A model generated the notes under the pieces. It did not search any database. It saw nothing but the letters and a program-made list of their open reading frames with translations, and was not told the origin of the DNA. Source: Nitrososphaerales archaeon (lineage in GTDB: Archaea; Thermoproteota; Nitrososphaeria; Nitrososphaerales; UBA213). Taken from it: a stretch of 64,000 bases of DNA. A program made the translations under genes and the position numbers. The stretch is taken from the NCBI GenBank assembly GCA_965197925.1, contig CBDAOC010000020.1, forward strand, positions 288,001 through 352,000, given 5' to 3'. Of this stretch, positions 9,510-21,573 are shown one piece after another (position 1 is the stretch's first letter; each line of letters starts with the position of its first letter).

Positions 9510-9923
9510 TTATGCGTGGATGCCTATCTTCTGCTTCTCTTCCCTGTTAGCCAGGAATGAGGTCATCCAACCTAAGATGGCACCAAAGAGAGCATACTGT
9601 AGTAATGGCACAAGTAATTCTGTGTACGGCATTGATTCTGGCTTTGCTATTACAGCGAAAGATACCAATCCAGTAATTACACCCAATGATACTGCATCTT
9701 TGGTTCTTACTGGTTTAACACTATCGTTGGATGTCAACACACCATATATTGCACCTACGATTAGAGTGGTAGGCAATAGCACTTGAAGGTCCAGAGTGTT
9801 TGTACCAAACATAGTAACCGCTAACACCAGTCCTGCAATGAGTCCTGCAATCGCTCCATTTCGAATACCCTTCTTTATTTCGTACTTGTTGTTTGACATA
9901 TTTGTCGATAGCCATAGATGCAA
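9510..9923 (-). CDS. 4-TM membrane protein (likely start 9899)
   Basis: GAIAGLIAG-type Gly-rich helices. Confidence 0.7.
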   Translation of the reverse strand: MHLWLSTNMSNNKYEIKKGIRNGAIAGLIAGLVLAVTMFGTNTLDLQVLLPTTLIVGAIYGVLTSNDSVKPVRTKDAVSLGVITGLVSFAVIAKPESMPYTELLVPLLQYALFGAILGWMTSFLANREEKQKIGIHA

Positions 9924-10542
9924 TGTAATATCCTTAAGCTTAGATAGTATAATGTTGATCTAGGAGTTGTCATATTATACACCATCGAAGGACAATATGC
10001 ATGTCAACATTTGTTGCATAGATGCGATGGTTTTGTTCTTCCAATCTCATATGATGTTGCATCTCATCATCAAGGATAATGAGAGGAATTGAAACTTTGA
10101 TTTGATGTATTTAAAGATAAATGAATTCCAAGTTTGGTCAGTTCATTTGGCCAGCTCATATTTTTCATATATTATGCACTTAACAAAAGGGTTCATCAAC
10201 AATTCAACAAATTATGTAATTTTAATATCCAAATCCAGCACAATATAAAAATCTAGACTGCTTGAGGATAAATACTGATTATTGAGAATGTTCCATTTGT
10301 CTCATAGTTATTCTCATATCATGAATAATCTCAAGTGGAGTCCAATCTCATCCATAAATCATCTCATGAACATAAGCAAATCACGTATTCATGAGGTTAG
10401 GAATCATTATCCTGTGAAAGCATATGACATATAACACATTGATCCAATGGTGCAATTCGATAAACAATGGTCTAAAACCTTTGGTTTCTGCACAGCCGCA
10501 GGAAGTTATCAATATACAGGCATTAACGATGGAGGCTAAAGG

Positions 10543-11135
10543 ATGACAGTGAAGTATGACAAAGAATACAAACAAGAAAATATTTTTGGAAAACCTTACA
10601 AAGAATTGGTAGATTTTTTTTAAAACATATCCAAAAAGAGGAAAAGTTTTAGATCTCGGTTGTGGTCAAGGAAGAGATTCTTTCACTCTTGCAAAACTTG
10701 GCTACAAAGTAACAGGGGTTGATATTTCCAAGGTTGGAATTTCTCAAATGCTTGAAAAGGCTAAAAAATCAAAGTTAAAAGTAAATGGAATCGTAGATGA
10801 TTTTTTCAAATTTAATCCAACGAGCAAATATGATGTAATTCTTTTGGATTCGGTTATTTAATTCTATAAAAGCACCAGAGAAAAAGAAACCAAGTTTTTA
10901 CTGCGAATTCTAGATTATGTAAAAACAGGTGGGGCTAGTCTGTATTTTTATCCATAAATCAACTTCTAGAGAAAAGTATCTGTGAAGTATCTTCAAGAAA
11001 TTAGATGGAATTTGGAATATTCAAATTGATAAACATGTCAATTTTATGTGGGAAGATAAAAACTCTAGACATAAACATAAAATTCAATTCAACATGGTCT
11101 TTGCCGAAAAATTAGAGAATAAGGATCATGATTAG
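10543..11135 (+). pseudogene. Class I SAM methyltransferase (TehB-like), frameshifted and with internal stops
   Basis: KVLDLGCGQGRDS...GYKVTGVDIS readable; extra T in the T-run near 10615; internal TAA. Confidence 0.8.
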
Positions 11136-11279
11136 TTTGTTAACAATTCATTAAGAAATCAAATAGAAATAGGACATCCCAATAAAATTACATTCATGAT
11201 ATTCCATCTATATGCAGATCATACTATAAATCAAAAATAGGATCGCAACGCTTATCTGTCAAGCTTCTCTTGATATGCT

Positions 11280-11603
11280 ATGGGTTTGTATGGAATATAC
11301 GGAAGCCACACCCCTGAAACATGTCCATGGAACAACGTGGAGATCAGAAAAGGAGTTTTGGAGGCAGCAAACAGATTAGAAGACCCTGACGCGCTCAAAA
11401 AATATAAGATAAGCAAAATTTTAGGACAGTACCATTCTGCCCTCGAGCACACATTTGTATGGATAGTAGAAGCGGAGGATCCACATTTGTTGCAGCAATT
11501 CGCTGTAGACTGGGGAATCGCAAAGTTCAACTTCCTTAAATTCGTGCCACTTATCACCTTCAAAGAGGTGATTGAAGGGGCCAAGAAGTTAGGAATTGAT
11601 TAA
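11280..11603 (+). CDS. Small uncharacterised protein (DUF3303-like)
   Basis: HTPETCP N-terminal motif and HTFVWIVEAED. Confidence 0.6.
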   Translation: MGLYGIYGSHTPETCPWNNVEIRKGVLEAANRLEDPDALKKYKISKILGQYHSALEHTFVWIVEAEDPHLLQQFAVDWGIAKFNFLKFVPLITFKEVIEGAKKLGID

Positions 11604-12169
11604 CCTCCATTTTTTTGAATTGGGTGAACTTGCATGGAATTACAAATATACCACATGTCACTGTAAGAGCAAGTTTATTTTATTTGTTCTACTTGACAGC
11701 CCAGAGGATTTTTGCTAATGCTAAGCTAAAGTGGAACTTGTTCTTGGTAAAAATATTCAAGCAAGCCATCCTCTGCGGTGATTCTAAATGATTTTATCTT
11801 TTAAAATATGAGAACATCATTTAGGAAAATAAAATATTAAATTATTATAGACTCAGTTTCTTAGGTTTGGGATTCAACGATTTATTTAATTCATTATTCC
11901 GGTGGCTATTGAAAACTAAGTAGATGTGGATTCTATGACTAAATAGAATACAAAAATGTGATAATGATTAGTAAAATTCACTTTCAAATTGTATTGACCG
12001 TAATATTTTAAGGAAGAAATCCCACTGATCCTCTTCGACATTATTCTCCGGACCTAGTTTGAAACAAACTTATGAACACATGAGCTTCATATTCATTCAT
12101 AGTTATTTTTGGTGATGATTTGGTATTGAAGGTAGTAAAAACTAAAAAACTTATTTAGTTAATAGATTA

Positions 12170-13021
12170 TTGAAAAATGTGATAAAATCTGACGAAAAGG
12201 TTGCGGTGGTGACGGGGAGTTCTAGTGGTATAGGTTATGCAACATCATTGATGCTATCAAGAAATGGATTTCATACATATGCTAGCATGCGCAACCTTGA
12301 GAAATCGCAAGGTATTGTAGAAACAGCTAAAAAGGAAAATCTTCCACTGCAGGTAATACAGCTTGATGTTGATAATGAAAAATCTGTAAAAGATGCTGTC
12401 GAAAGAATAATTTCTGAGAAGGGAAAGATAGATGTTCTAGTAAACAACGCTGGCTTCGGGTTGGGAGGATCTGTTGAAGATCTTTCGATGGAGGAGCTGA
12501 AGGGTCAGTTTGAAACAAATTTCTTTGGTTTGATTCGGGTGACTCAGGAAGTTCTTCCTCATATGAGGAAACGGTTACAAGGGATTATAGTAAATGTGAG
12601 TTCAGTAGTAGGTCGCATAGGACTGCCGGGTGCGCCTGCTTATGTGAGCACAAAGTTTGCGGTTGAAGGATTGAGTGAATCGATGAGGTATGAGCTCGAA
12701 CCTTTCGGTATCAAGATCGTGCTAATTGAGCCTGGGGTAATTGGCACAAATTTCATGAGCGCGATGGTTGTGGCGAAAAGGGCTCTAGATCCTAATTCTC
12801 CCTATGCGCAATTGATGCAGAAAATAACTGCCGGATTTACTACCGCGTTTCAAAATGCTACGCCTACGGACGAGGTTGCAAAAGTAATTCTAAAGTCCGT
12901 TACAATTGATAATCCAGAGTTTAGATATCTGGTTGGGAATGATGCCGTACAGTGGCTAGAGGCAAGAAGAAAGATGTCAGATACAGAATTCGAAAATTTC
13001 TGGAAGAAAAGTGTTTTGTAG
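12170..13021 (+). CDS. Short-chain dehydrogenase/reductase
   Basis: TGSSSGIG, NNAG and YVSTK motifs. Confidence 0.95.
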   Translation: MKNVIKSDEKVAVVTGSSSGIGYATSLMLSRNGFHTYASMRNLEKSQGIVETAKKENLPLQVIQLDVDNEKSVKDAVERIISEKGKIDVLVNNAGFGLGGSVEDLSMEELKGQFETNFFGLIRVTQEVLPHMRKRLQGIIVNVSSVVGRIGLPGAPAYVSTKFAVEGLSESMRYELEPFGIKIVLIEPGVIGTNFMSAMVVAKRALDPNSPYAQLMQKITAGFTTAFQNATPTDEVAKVILKSVTIDNPEFRYLVGNDAVQWLEARRKMSDTEFENFWKKSVL

Positions 13022-13245
13022 ATCAAGGAAGTTATTACATAGGTGAAAGATGAAAATGAGAAATAGATGGTTAACGGAATTCCCTAGATTTATGCAAACT
13101 CAGCACACTTAGTTACCAATCTAGTCCTTTGTTTCCTTCTTCTATCCAACACAAACTGCTCATTAGATAAAGAAAAAGTGTTAATCAAGTTCTTTTTTAA
13201 TTCACTTGCCTATTAAATTTTGAAGAACAAGACCAAAATCAATTA

Positions 13246-14565
13246 ATGACCATATATCATAAGAAAGTTGTGGAAAAGTATGATCTTGCAATAATTGGTG
13301 GAGGAATTCTCGGAACCTCCATTTCATACTGGCTATCGGTACTCTATGATCTCAAGATTTGTGTAATCGATAAAGAAAAAGCCGTTGCAATGCATACAAG
13401 TAGTAGGAACACAGGAGTCGTTCATTCTCCTTTTTACCTTGACCCAAGAGAAAGGAAAATTTCCGCAACTTCCTCCTTAATTTCTCATGACCTTTGGGAA
13501 GTTTTAGCCAAGAGAGAAGAAATCCCATGGATACCTGTCGGAACCATTGAAGTTGCTATTGATGAGAAACAGCACAAAACCCTTGAAAAATATCTCAAAT
13601 GGGGAATTGATAATGGGATTCCAGAGGAGCAACTTGAATTGTGTGGCTCGTCTGATATATTGAAGAAGGAACCAAACCTACATTGTTATTCTGGCCTTTA
13701 TTGTAGCCGCGATGTTTCAACAGATTACGGGATTTTTACAACTGAACTTAAAAATGAATCAGAACAAAATGGGATGAAGTTTTTATTCAATCATAAAGTA
13801 GAAAAAGTGAAAGTAAATTCAGATGTAACTCTCACTTTCTCAGATAACTCTTCCCTTCTGGCAAAATTTGTGATTAACTGCGCAGGAGGTAGTTCCTTAG
13901 ATATAGCCAAGAAATTTGGATTAGCAGAACAGTATGAGGCTCTTCATTTTCGGGGGGAATACTGGATTGCAGGAAGGCAATTTGCAGATCTGGTCAAGAC
14001 AAATATTTACTCGGTAGCTAGATTTCAGGAATTTCCTTTTTTGGACCCGCACTGGATCAAGCGTGTAAATGGTCAAACGGAAATTGGACCTAATGCAGTG
14101 CCCGTTGCCAGCGCTGAAACGTATGAAGGTTATGCAGATGAATTATCCAGCGCTGTCTCTAAACTTCGAGAAATATTCAAAGGAAATATAAGAAGACTTC
14201 TCACAAATCCAGATTTCCTCAGATTGATTTCGAGGGAGTTCTTAAGCTCCGTTTCGAAATCTGCAATGGTACATAGGGTACAACAATTTATTCCATCCAT
14301 AAAGCCTGAATATTTTATAGAACATGGAACGGCAGGAATCAGAACTCCAATAATCACTCCGGAAGGAACATTCCTACCTCAGATATTGGAATTAACTGGT
14401 AGTAACTCTTTTCATATTATAAATTACAACTCCCCAGGAGCAACAGGGGCTCCTGCATATGCCGCATTCGTTGTTAAACAATTACAGGATAGTGGATTTC
14501 TCGATTATTCACAGAGTCGAAGAGATTCAATCTGGAGCTTTGATCATGTTGTAGACCAATTCTGA
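13246..14565 (+). CDS. FAD-dependent oxidoreductase, L-2-hydroxyglutarate oxidase (LhgO)-like
   Basis: IIGGGILG, HTSSRNTGVVH, FRGEY, GPNA and SPGAT motifs. Confidence 0.85.
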   Translation: MTIYHKKVVEKYDLAIIGGGILGTSISYWLSVLYDLKICVIDKEKAVAMHTSSRNTGVVHSPFYLDPRERKISATSSLISHDLWEVLAKREEIPWIPVGTIEVAIDEKQHKTLEKYLKWGIDNGIPEEQLELCGSSDILKKEPNLHCYSGLYCSRDVSTDYGIFTTELKNESEQNGMKFLFNHKVEKVKVNSDVTLTFSDNSSLLAKFVINCAGGSSLDIAKKFGLAEQYEALHFRGEYWIAGRQFADLVKTNIYSVARFQEFPFLDPHWIKRVNGQTEIGPNAVPVASAETYEGYADELSSAVSKLREIFKGNIRRLLTNPDFLRLISREFLSSVSKSAMVHRVQQFIPSIKPEYFIEHGTAGIRTPIITPEGTFLPQILELTGSNSFHIINYNSPGATGAPAYAAFVVKQLQDSGFLDYSQSRRDSIWSFDHVVDQF

Positions 14566-15386
14566 CTTTGATCATACTCGGTAAGATTATCGCCTAGTAA
14601 AGCCAAACAAATATCCCATGGACTAATCACTTGATTCTCATAAATCACATAAGGATGGTGCATTTCAAACAACAATTTGGATACCTCAGGAATAGTCAAA
14701 TCCTCAGAAACTACCTTCGCATCTCCGAGTTTGAATGTATCTGCCGTGATATCCAGAAAATTATCAATGTCCTGTAGATAATTTAGATCCTCAACAATTT
14801 TTTCTATAATTATCCTATCATTGATATATTGAGATGAATTTTCAAGAAGTAACCTTCGTGTTTTGTTTTCGAGCATTGCATTTATGATGTTCCTTACAGT
14901 ATCCTCCTTCTTGAAGGTAACAACTTTCTTCTTAGGCAAGGTGGATATTGATAAATTCGTTTTGCAGTGCGACCCTATTTCAAGTATCTTTCTAGTAGAT
15001 ACTGCTGAATAGTCCTGTAATTCGTTAGCTATAATAGCAAAAGCCCTTCCTGTTAGTTTCCATTGATGAACCAATGCCTTTAGTTCAGTTTCTTTGGTGA
15101 TTATGATAATAGTCCTGTCCAACACATCTTCCACATTTGTGTTAAAAAAATCTGACGAAGGATTCTTAACGAGTCTATCTATGATGTCTATTCCACCAAC
15201 CAAACCAATGGGATCATAACCATCCCTTATTACCACTGAATCGGTGAACGATTCTAGATATTGTACCAACATTCCTGTGATGACCCATACTTGAGCACTT
15301 TTTGGGATACTAACACAAAATGAAGATGTTAATGAATCAGGTAACAGGTCTTGAAGTGAATGTTCAGAAATAGGTAGATCTCCCAT
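14544..15386 (-). CDS. Degenerate multi-CBS domain protein
   Basis: VVTFKKEDTVRNIINAMLENKTRRL CBS-like segment. Confidence 0.65.
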   Translation of the reverse strand: MGDLPISEHSLQDLLPDSLTSSFCVSIPKSAQVWVITGMLVQYLESFTDSVVIRDGYDPIGLVGGIDIIDRLVKNPSSDFFNTNVEDVLDRTIIIITKETELKALVHQWKLTGRAFAIIANELQDYSAVSTRKILEIGSHCKTNLSISTLPKKKVVTFKKEDTVRNIINAMLENKTRRLLLENSSQYINDRIIIEKIVEDLNYLQDIDNFLDITADTFKLGDAKVVSEDLTIPEVSKLLFEMHHPYVIYENQVISPWDICLALLGDNLTEYDQSQNWSTT

Positions 15387-15461
15387 CGTCCATCACAATT
15401 TAATTGAAGGCCTTTACCGGTTAAATTGCTTTCACTCCTATAGATCGATTAAACTCAATTT

Positions 15462-17164
15462 TCAGGAAGGGGAGCAATTATCCCCGGATTCAATGTCTTG
15501 CGCAACACTACTTCTAGTTCTATCTATTATCCAGGAGGCTTCTGCTCGTAACTGCTTCGAAGAAAGCTTCCTACGGGCAAGGCGTTGTTTCTGTGCTTCC
15601 AAACCAACTGCAGCCGCCAATCTTATCACAACATCCTTTCTTGCCGAAGGTAAAATATAATCTTCTGTCAATCCATCCTCCTCTGCTATATCTGAAAGTT
15701 CTTGGGAAGCGGTGATTAGGATCTTATCTGTGATCTTCCTTGATCTAACATCCAAAATTCCCCTAAATATTCCTGGAAAAGCAAGCAAATTACTTATTTG
15801 ATTGTCAAAATCCGATCTCCCTGTCGCAACAACATTTGCACCAGCTTCTCTTGCTTCCCATGGCCATATTTCTGGCACGGGATTTGCGCATGCAATCACT
15901 ATGGGATCTGAGGACATCGATTGTATCCAATCCTTTTTTACTATACATGGTCCCGGTACAGAAAATCCAATCATAATATCAGCATCTTTCAGTGCTTCCC
16001 TGTTATTGCCAGTTCGTTCATGAACATTTGTTATTCTTGCAATCTCAAATTTTTCAGGACTGTTGGTAATATCTTTTCTACCCTGATAGATTATACCTTT
16101 GCTGTCCGTCATAATCATATTTTTGGATCTATATCCAGTCTTTATCAGAAGATTCGCAAGTGCGATGTTTACTGCACCAGCTCCAATTAGTGTTATATTG
16201 ACTTGAGATCTCTTTTTACCAACAACCTTTTGGGCATTCATAATAGCCGCCAAAGCTACTACCGCCGTTCCCTGCTGATCATCATGCCAGACTGGTATAT
16301 CGAGAATTTTTCTAAGCTCTCTCAGAACTCGGAAACATTTCGGTGCCTGTATATCCTCTAGATTTATTCCCCCAAAAGAGGATTCGATCCCTTGGTTATC
16401 TTTATGAGATCATCCTCCTTATTGGACTCGATACAAATTGGAAAGGCATCAATACCACCTAGATACTTGAAGAGTGTTGCCTTTCCCTCCATCACAGGCA
16501 AGGCAGCGAGTGGACCTATATTACCAAGACCAAGCACCCTACTGCCATCGGTAACTATCGCAACGTTATTCCACTTGTTTGTATAATCGTAAACCAAACT
16601 TGGCCTTTTCTTTATTGCCTTTGCAGGTTCGGCTACACCCGGTGATGTCCATATTTGAAAATCTGATAGGGATCTTATGGGAATCTTTATTGAGATTTCT
16701 ATCTTGCCTCTGTAACGCGGGTGTAATTTGAGCGAGGCTTGTGTGGGTTTGATTGCTCTAGATAACAGTTCATCCAGCTCTTCCCTTATTGTAAATTCCT
16801 GTGATAATAGTCCTACAAGCTGTCCGCGTGTATCGACTACACCTAACCTCCTACATTTGTTTTCTGCCATCATGGTTAAAGCATCTTTTACCTTTGCCTT
16901 TTCATTGATAGTGATTATGGGAATGGACATAACAAACTTCAACTTGGTGACCTTAGGATCTAGGCCTTGACCCAGAACCTTGCTCAGCATATCTCTCTCG
17001 GTAACTATTCCCACCGGCTCACCTTTTCGGGTAACAATCAAGCTGCCGAGTTTATATTTGGACATGAGCTTAGAAGCATTAAGGATATTATCATTCTCAT
17101 CTAAAAAATCCAATTCCCGCTTTATGTAATTTGATACGGGGGCTTCCAAATTAAGACGAACCAA
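15462..17164 (-). pseudogene. CBS-pair fused to NAD(P)-dependent malic enzyme, split by a single-base frameshift near 16388
   Basis: CBS VGIVTERD; malic enzyme motifs VAIVTDGSRVLGLGNIGP, MEGK, GINLEDI, WHDDQQGTA, GAGAV, ATGRSDF. Confidence 0.9.
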
Positions 17165-17613
17165 TTGATTATGATTCTACCGAACCCGTGTAATATCTTT
17201 ACCGGTATCATTAGATGCTAAACCTCCGATCACTTGCTTAGGAGTAAAATTTTCAAAAACATCAACCAATAATAAAATCAAAATATTAGTATTGAATTAT
17301 ACCCATGTCCCAATTAGTTGAGTATGGACCTAATTAAATTATTTTTACCATGTCGCATACACTGATTAGATAAAAGACTTTGTTTAGACACTGTTATTTC
17401 TGACTATTATGAACGGGATAACATGTTATTTTACCAGAAAAACTATGTACTGTGCTCTGGTAGATGCGAGTGATGATATGGGAAAGGCCATCTTATAATT
17501 TCGTAATGAGGATGGCTGGTGCCACGATGCCTGCTTTGAAAAAATGTTCAAATTCAGAAAACAACAAATTTTAATTAAAATACTAAATCCTAGATTATGA
17601 AAGAACTTACAAA

Positions 17614-18165
17614 ATGGATTTGACAAAGTTAAGCCGACTCACATCTCATGCACTACGCCATGAACCATGGATCTACGAACTAGAAATAGATAATGAAGGT
17701 TGGGTCTATATTGAAGATCTTATTCATGCTATACGCCTCAGAAGCAAGGAATGGCAGAATCTTAATGAAAGTGATTTGCAACAGATGATCTCCGCCTCTG
17801 ACAAACGTCGATTCGAAATAAGTAATGGGAAGATGCGTGCTCTATATGGACATTCACTTCGTGGTAAGCTACTCAAGATTACTTCAGAACCACCATCAAT
17901 TCTATTTCATGGTACATCCTCGATAGTGGTTGATGATATAAAACATCAAGGACTTAAGCCCATGAGCCGTCAATACGTACATCTTTCAATTGACAAAATT
18001 ACAGCACTCCAGGTAGCCAAACGCAAACCGAACTATCCTAAAATAATCGAGATTTGTGCATCAGAAGCCCATCAAAAAGGGATAAAGTTCTATGTTGGAA
18101 ATGAAAAAGTTTGGCTGACTGATTATCTACCACCAGAATTCATCAAAGTCTGTGTTGATCCATGA
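17614..18165 (+). CDS. kptA: RNA 2'-phosphotransferase (Tpt1/KptA)
   Basis: LRHEP, DKRRF, RALYGHS, LFHGT and RQYVHLS motifs. Confidence 0.95.
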   Translation: MDLTKLSRLTSHALRHEPWIYELEIDNEGWVYIEDLIHAIRLRSKEWQNLNESDLQQMISASDKRRFEISNGKMRALYGHSLRGKLLKITSEPPSILFHGTSSIVVDDIKHQGLKPMSRQYVHLSIDKITALQVAKRKPNYPKIIEICASEAHQKGIKFYVGNEKVWLTDYLPPEFIKVCVDP

Positions 18166-18297
18166 CTTTGTAGAAACCATACTATAAAGACAGTCATTCT
18201 GTGCAAATTGTAAGCAATTCTCCTTAATGTTAATTTCCTGTTCTGCATCTTAAGAAGGCTTTATGTAGCATGTTCACCAACAAGAACATATGTCTCC
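18164..18297 (-). mobile_element. Decayed 3' end of an IS5-like (IS903/ISH1-type) element, copy 1
   Basis: GTAGAAACCATACTAT...TGTTCTGCATCTTAA aligns with 21040-21150 and 25186-25250. Confidence 0.65.
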
Positions 18298-18309
18298 AAA
18301 AACTTTCTC

Positions 18310-19437
18310 TTAGGCACTAGGACATACTCTTCTTAACCATTCGATATAGTAGTCAAATGCAGGACTCCTTTGTAATTGGCTTTTACTATCCATCTTGATC
18401 AATCCAAAATAGCTTTCTTGCTGAGGGTTAGCGGGTCTGTGGGGGTGAGATATTAAAACCCAAGGGAAGGTTCCAATAGAAGAAGACTTTTCAATAGACC
18501 CCAATGAATTCTCTAAGAACTGGAGCTGCATCTCAGATGCAGATGGTCTTCGCTGTATGGTAAAAATTAACTTTTCAAAGAATGTTCTATATGTAGTATA
18601 TCCGAACTCTGCGTTAAAGATCGGTTTACCTGTCAGCTTCTCCGCTTCCATTACTTTTGTACCTGTTTCATGACCGTATATTGGATATTTCGTAATCCAG
18701 TTCGCATAGTTGTCCACTCCAATGTAGTTAACATCCAAATTATCCTTAAGATACTTCAACTCTACCTGCCAGTCTATTACATCATCAGTTACATCATCTA
18801 ACAAGAGTGAATAACTCTTAAGGATTGACGAGTACCTATCGAGATTATACCAAAAATTGCTAAAGAATACTCTCAAATCTTCTGCTACTATATTCGTCAT
18901 AGTCTTAGCATCAGAATCAGCATCAAATGCCCCTTTTAGAATATTGTTCAACCTTTTGTACTTCAACTTCATGTCTAATGCCAGTTTCACCCACGTTTCA
19001 AACCCAGCTCTCCACTCGATACCTGGGATAGATTGTGTAATCCAAGCCTTGGAATCGATTTCATTTTCTATACCAAATATTAACTGTCTGCCATGCTTTC
19101 GAACCACTTCAGAAATTTTCTTACTTGCCGTCAATGACTCGTGGTATGAATTTTCGATAAATCTATCGAGTTCGCTGAAAGGGATGGTTCCTATGTTAGC
19201 CTTGTACCCAACTTCTATTGGAGCTACGATGTTATATCCCTCCTTGCACAAATAGTCTATTCCATCTAGAAGGGTTAGACCTGTTGGTCCCTCTTCATCA
19301 AGTGACCTGTTTCGCAATAAATGAACACGGATCCACCTTACCGGAGTTGGCTTTAAGATTTCAGTAACGGTTTTGGGGAATTCACGTACATCGTCACCCT
19401 CTACATTTATCCCTGCCATGAAATCTGAAGAATTCAA
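18310..19437 (-). CDS. Putative GH-A clan (TIM-barrel) glycoside hydrolase
   Basis: IENEID acid/base-like and NAEFGY nucleophile-like motifs; YIGVDNY; YFGL. Confidence 0.65.
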   Translation of the reverse strand: MNSSDFMAGINVEGDDVREFPKTVTEILKPTPVRWIRVHLLRNRSLDEEGPTGLTLLDGIDYLCKEGYNIVAPIEVGYKANIGTIPFSELDRFIENSYHESLTASKKISEVVRKHGRQLIFGIENEIDSKAWITQSIPGIEWRAGFETWVKLALDMKLKYKRLNNILKGAFDADSDAKTMTNIVAEDLRVFFSNFWYNLDRYSSILKSYSLLLDDVTDDVIDWQVELKYLKDNLDVNYIGVDNYANWITKYPIYGHETGTKVMEAEKLTGKPIFNAEFGYTTYRTFFEKLIFTIQRRPSASEMQLQFLENSLGSIEKSSSIGTFPWVLISHPHRPANPQQESYFGLIKMDSKSQLQRSPAFDYYIEWLRRVCPSA

Positions 19438-19565
19438 CTTAATTCTATCCTGTGTACCTATTTATCTTTGTCCTAATTTCCAATTATATCCTAAGCTGTA
19501 AGTGTAGCTAATCCCATCACTGCCAATTATGGTTTTACAATCGTCATTATCTTCACACCGTGTCA

Positions 19566-20942
19566 CTATGGGACATCTCCCACCTTTCTTATGTAATAGT
19601 ATATGCATGGCCTTGTACCCTGTGGAGTATGCTCCATATGAACAAGGCCTAAAGACCTCTCCCCTATGACATCCAAGATTTCTGCGCCTGAGCAGTACTT
19701 ACCCAGCATAAGGTCATCAACAATCATACGTATCTCGTCATGGAAGTTAGTAAAGTCAAACATCAGCATCTGTTCTTGAGTGAGCTCGACCTTCGTGTCA
19801 CCCTTCAAAATATTCATGAAATTCCATCGACATTTTACCTTTCCAGAGCTATCCATGTCATACCAGAATCTGAATAGAGGAGGAGCAAGGCTAGCGTTCG
19901 AGACCATCCTTCATTCCCATTCACCCCCGCACCTTTTCAATATCAGGAACCTTACCATTATTCGTGAAGATTTCATTGTGATCCTGTGGGCTCATGAAGT
20001 CAAATCCATATCTGCGGGCCATTGTGAAATTGAGGATGAGCGTTCCATGCGGATATATTCCCGTGAATGCTTTACCAACTATCAAGTCCTCGCTAACTAC
20101 CTTCAGGATATCGTAGAATACTGCAAACTGGGGTTCTTCGTATTCTAGTAATATACCTTTACTGGGGTCATCTGGGTCAATCAGCTTTAGCTTATTCTTG
20201 GCCTTGATGCTATCATCGAAGGTACTTGTGGTACCTTTTATGGTATCACCTTCTAACCTGAAGGTCTTGTTGAACCTGTTCTGGAATATCCAAGGAGGGA
20301 AGGGTGAATCTGGTGGAAAGAAGCCCTTCCAATACCCGTCATTGAAGACAGTCCTGCTCTGGATGTCTATTCTTCTATCGCCTGAGTTGACCAATTTCTG
20401 AATAGGGAGACTAGGCTTCTCGAATAAACTACCGAGCATCCTTGATGGACAGTACATTGGCTCATCAGGAGAGCATTTGCTCTCAGCTATCGATGCAAGC
20501 TGATTGAACAAGTCTATCCAAAATGTCGTAAGAATCCTATCCATTCCGATAAAGGGGCTAAGGAGTCTGAAGAATATGTCCTAGGAGACACGTCAGCATC
20601 CACATGAGCGAGAGTTCCTTCAGGGACAGACTTGAGTGTCAAGGAAATACCACCAACAAAATCTCCTTGAATAATCTCCTCATCAAGTCTTTCATCCGGA
20701 TACAAAGTGTACCTGTCTCTATGTCTTGCCCTGAACAAACCAGCCTGTTCATGCTCGTCACATACAATGACATTCCCTTCCTTACTGACAATGGGGTGAG
20801 AAATAACACGATTCTTGGCATTTGAGGGAGCCCAGTTCGGCCAGTTTTCGATATCGGCTAACAGAGCCCATACTCGGGGTTTCGGAGCTTTGATAATCCT
20901 AGAAGATGAAACTTTTACCATATGATTTTCATATACCGACAT
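19566..20942 (-). pseudogene. SRPBCC/START-fold domain fused to a duplicated beta-rich domain; split into three ORFs by two frameshifts
   Basis: SRIIKAPKPRVWALLADIENWPNW SRPBCC start; repeated FYDILKVVSEDLIVGK / FHDEIRMIVDDLMLGK; ORFs overlap or abut in different frames. Confidence 0.6.
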
Positions 20943-21021
20943 TTAATAAATATTCTTGATAGATGAATGATGAAAGATTCGCAAGACAATCATTCGGTTG
21001 CCTTGTTATTGTATATCAACC

Positions 21022-21230
21022 TCTGTAGAAACCGGTTCAGTAGAAACCATACTATTTAGACCTTCATTCTGTTCATATTGTAAGGAATTATCCCAAGTTA
21101 ATTCCTTGTTCTGCATCTTAACAAGTCTTGATTACATGTTTTCCAAACATTCTCTTTCACTGATAGCATACTTTCTTTCTTGGCTTTATGAAAGATTTCT
21201 TCGTATAGATATGAAGTTGACTGGTCCAAT
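21022..21230 (-). mobile_element. Decayed 3' end of an IS5-like element, copy 2
   Basis: Minus strand reads ESMLSVKRMFGKHV*SRLVKMQNKEL (with an indel), a transposase C-terminal signature; GTAGAAACC end duplicated at 21025 and 21040. Confidence 0.65.
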
Positions 21231-21573
21231 ATTCGACATGGTCTACCGACCTTTACTACTGCTTTACACGTAAGCATGAAGGGTGCTTGGGGAAGCGGTT
21301 ATTCATCGCAAGATAGGGGCTTGTTGAGGAATGGAAAGGGTAGGAGGATGTTTTATAATAATATGACAGGAGTGATGACATGGAAGGTAGGGGATTGTAT
21401 CCGTTAGAAGAGGTCAGGAAGTTCTCCAGTGGTTTGAATAGATTCCGCAAGCTTAATGACAGATATCGGTCAATCTGCGATGATAATGCTAAATAAAAGG
21501 AGGAATATTAGAAATTTGTTGGGTACATTGTCTCTCTCCTACAGTTAGAGGAAAAATTGTTGTGTTCTTATCC

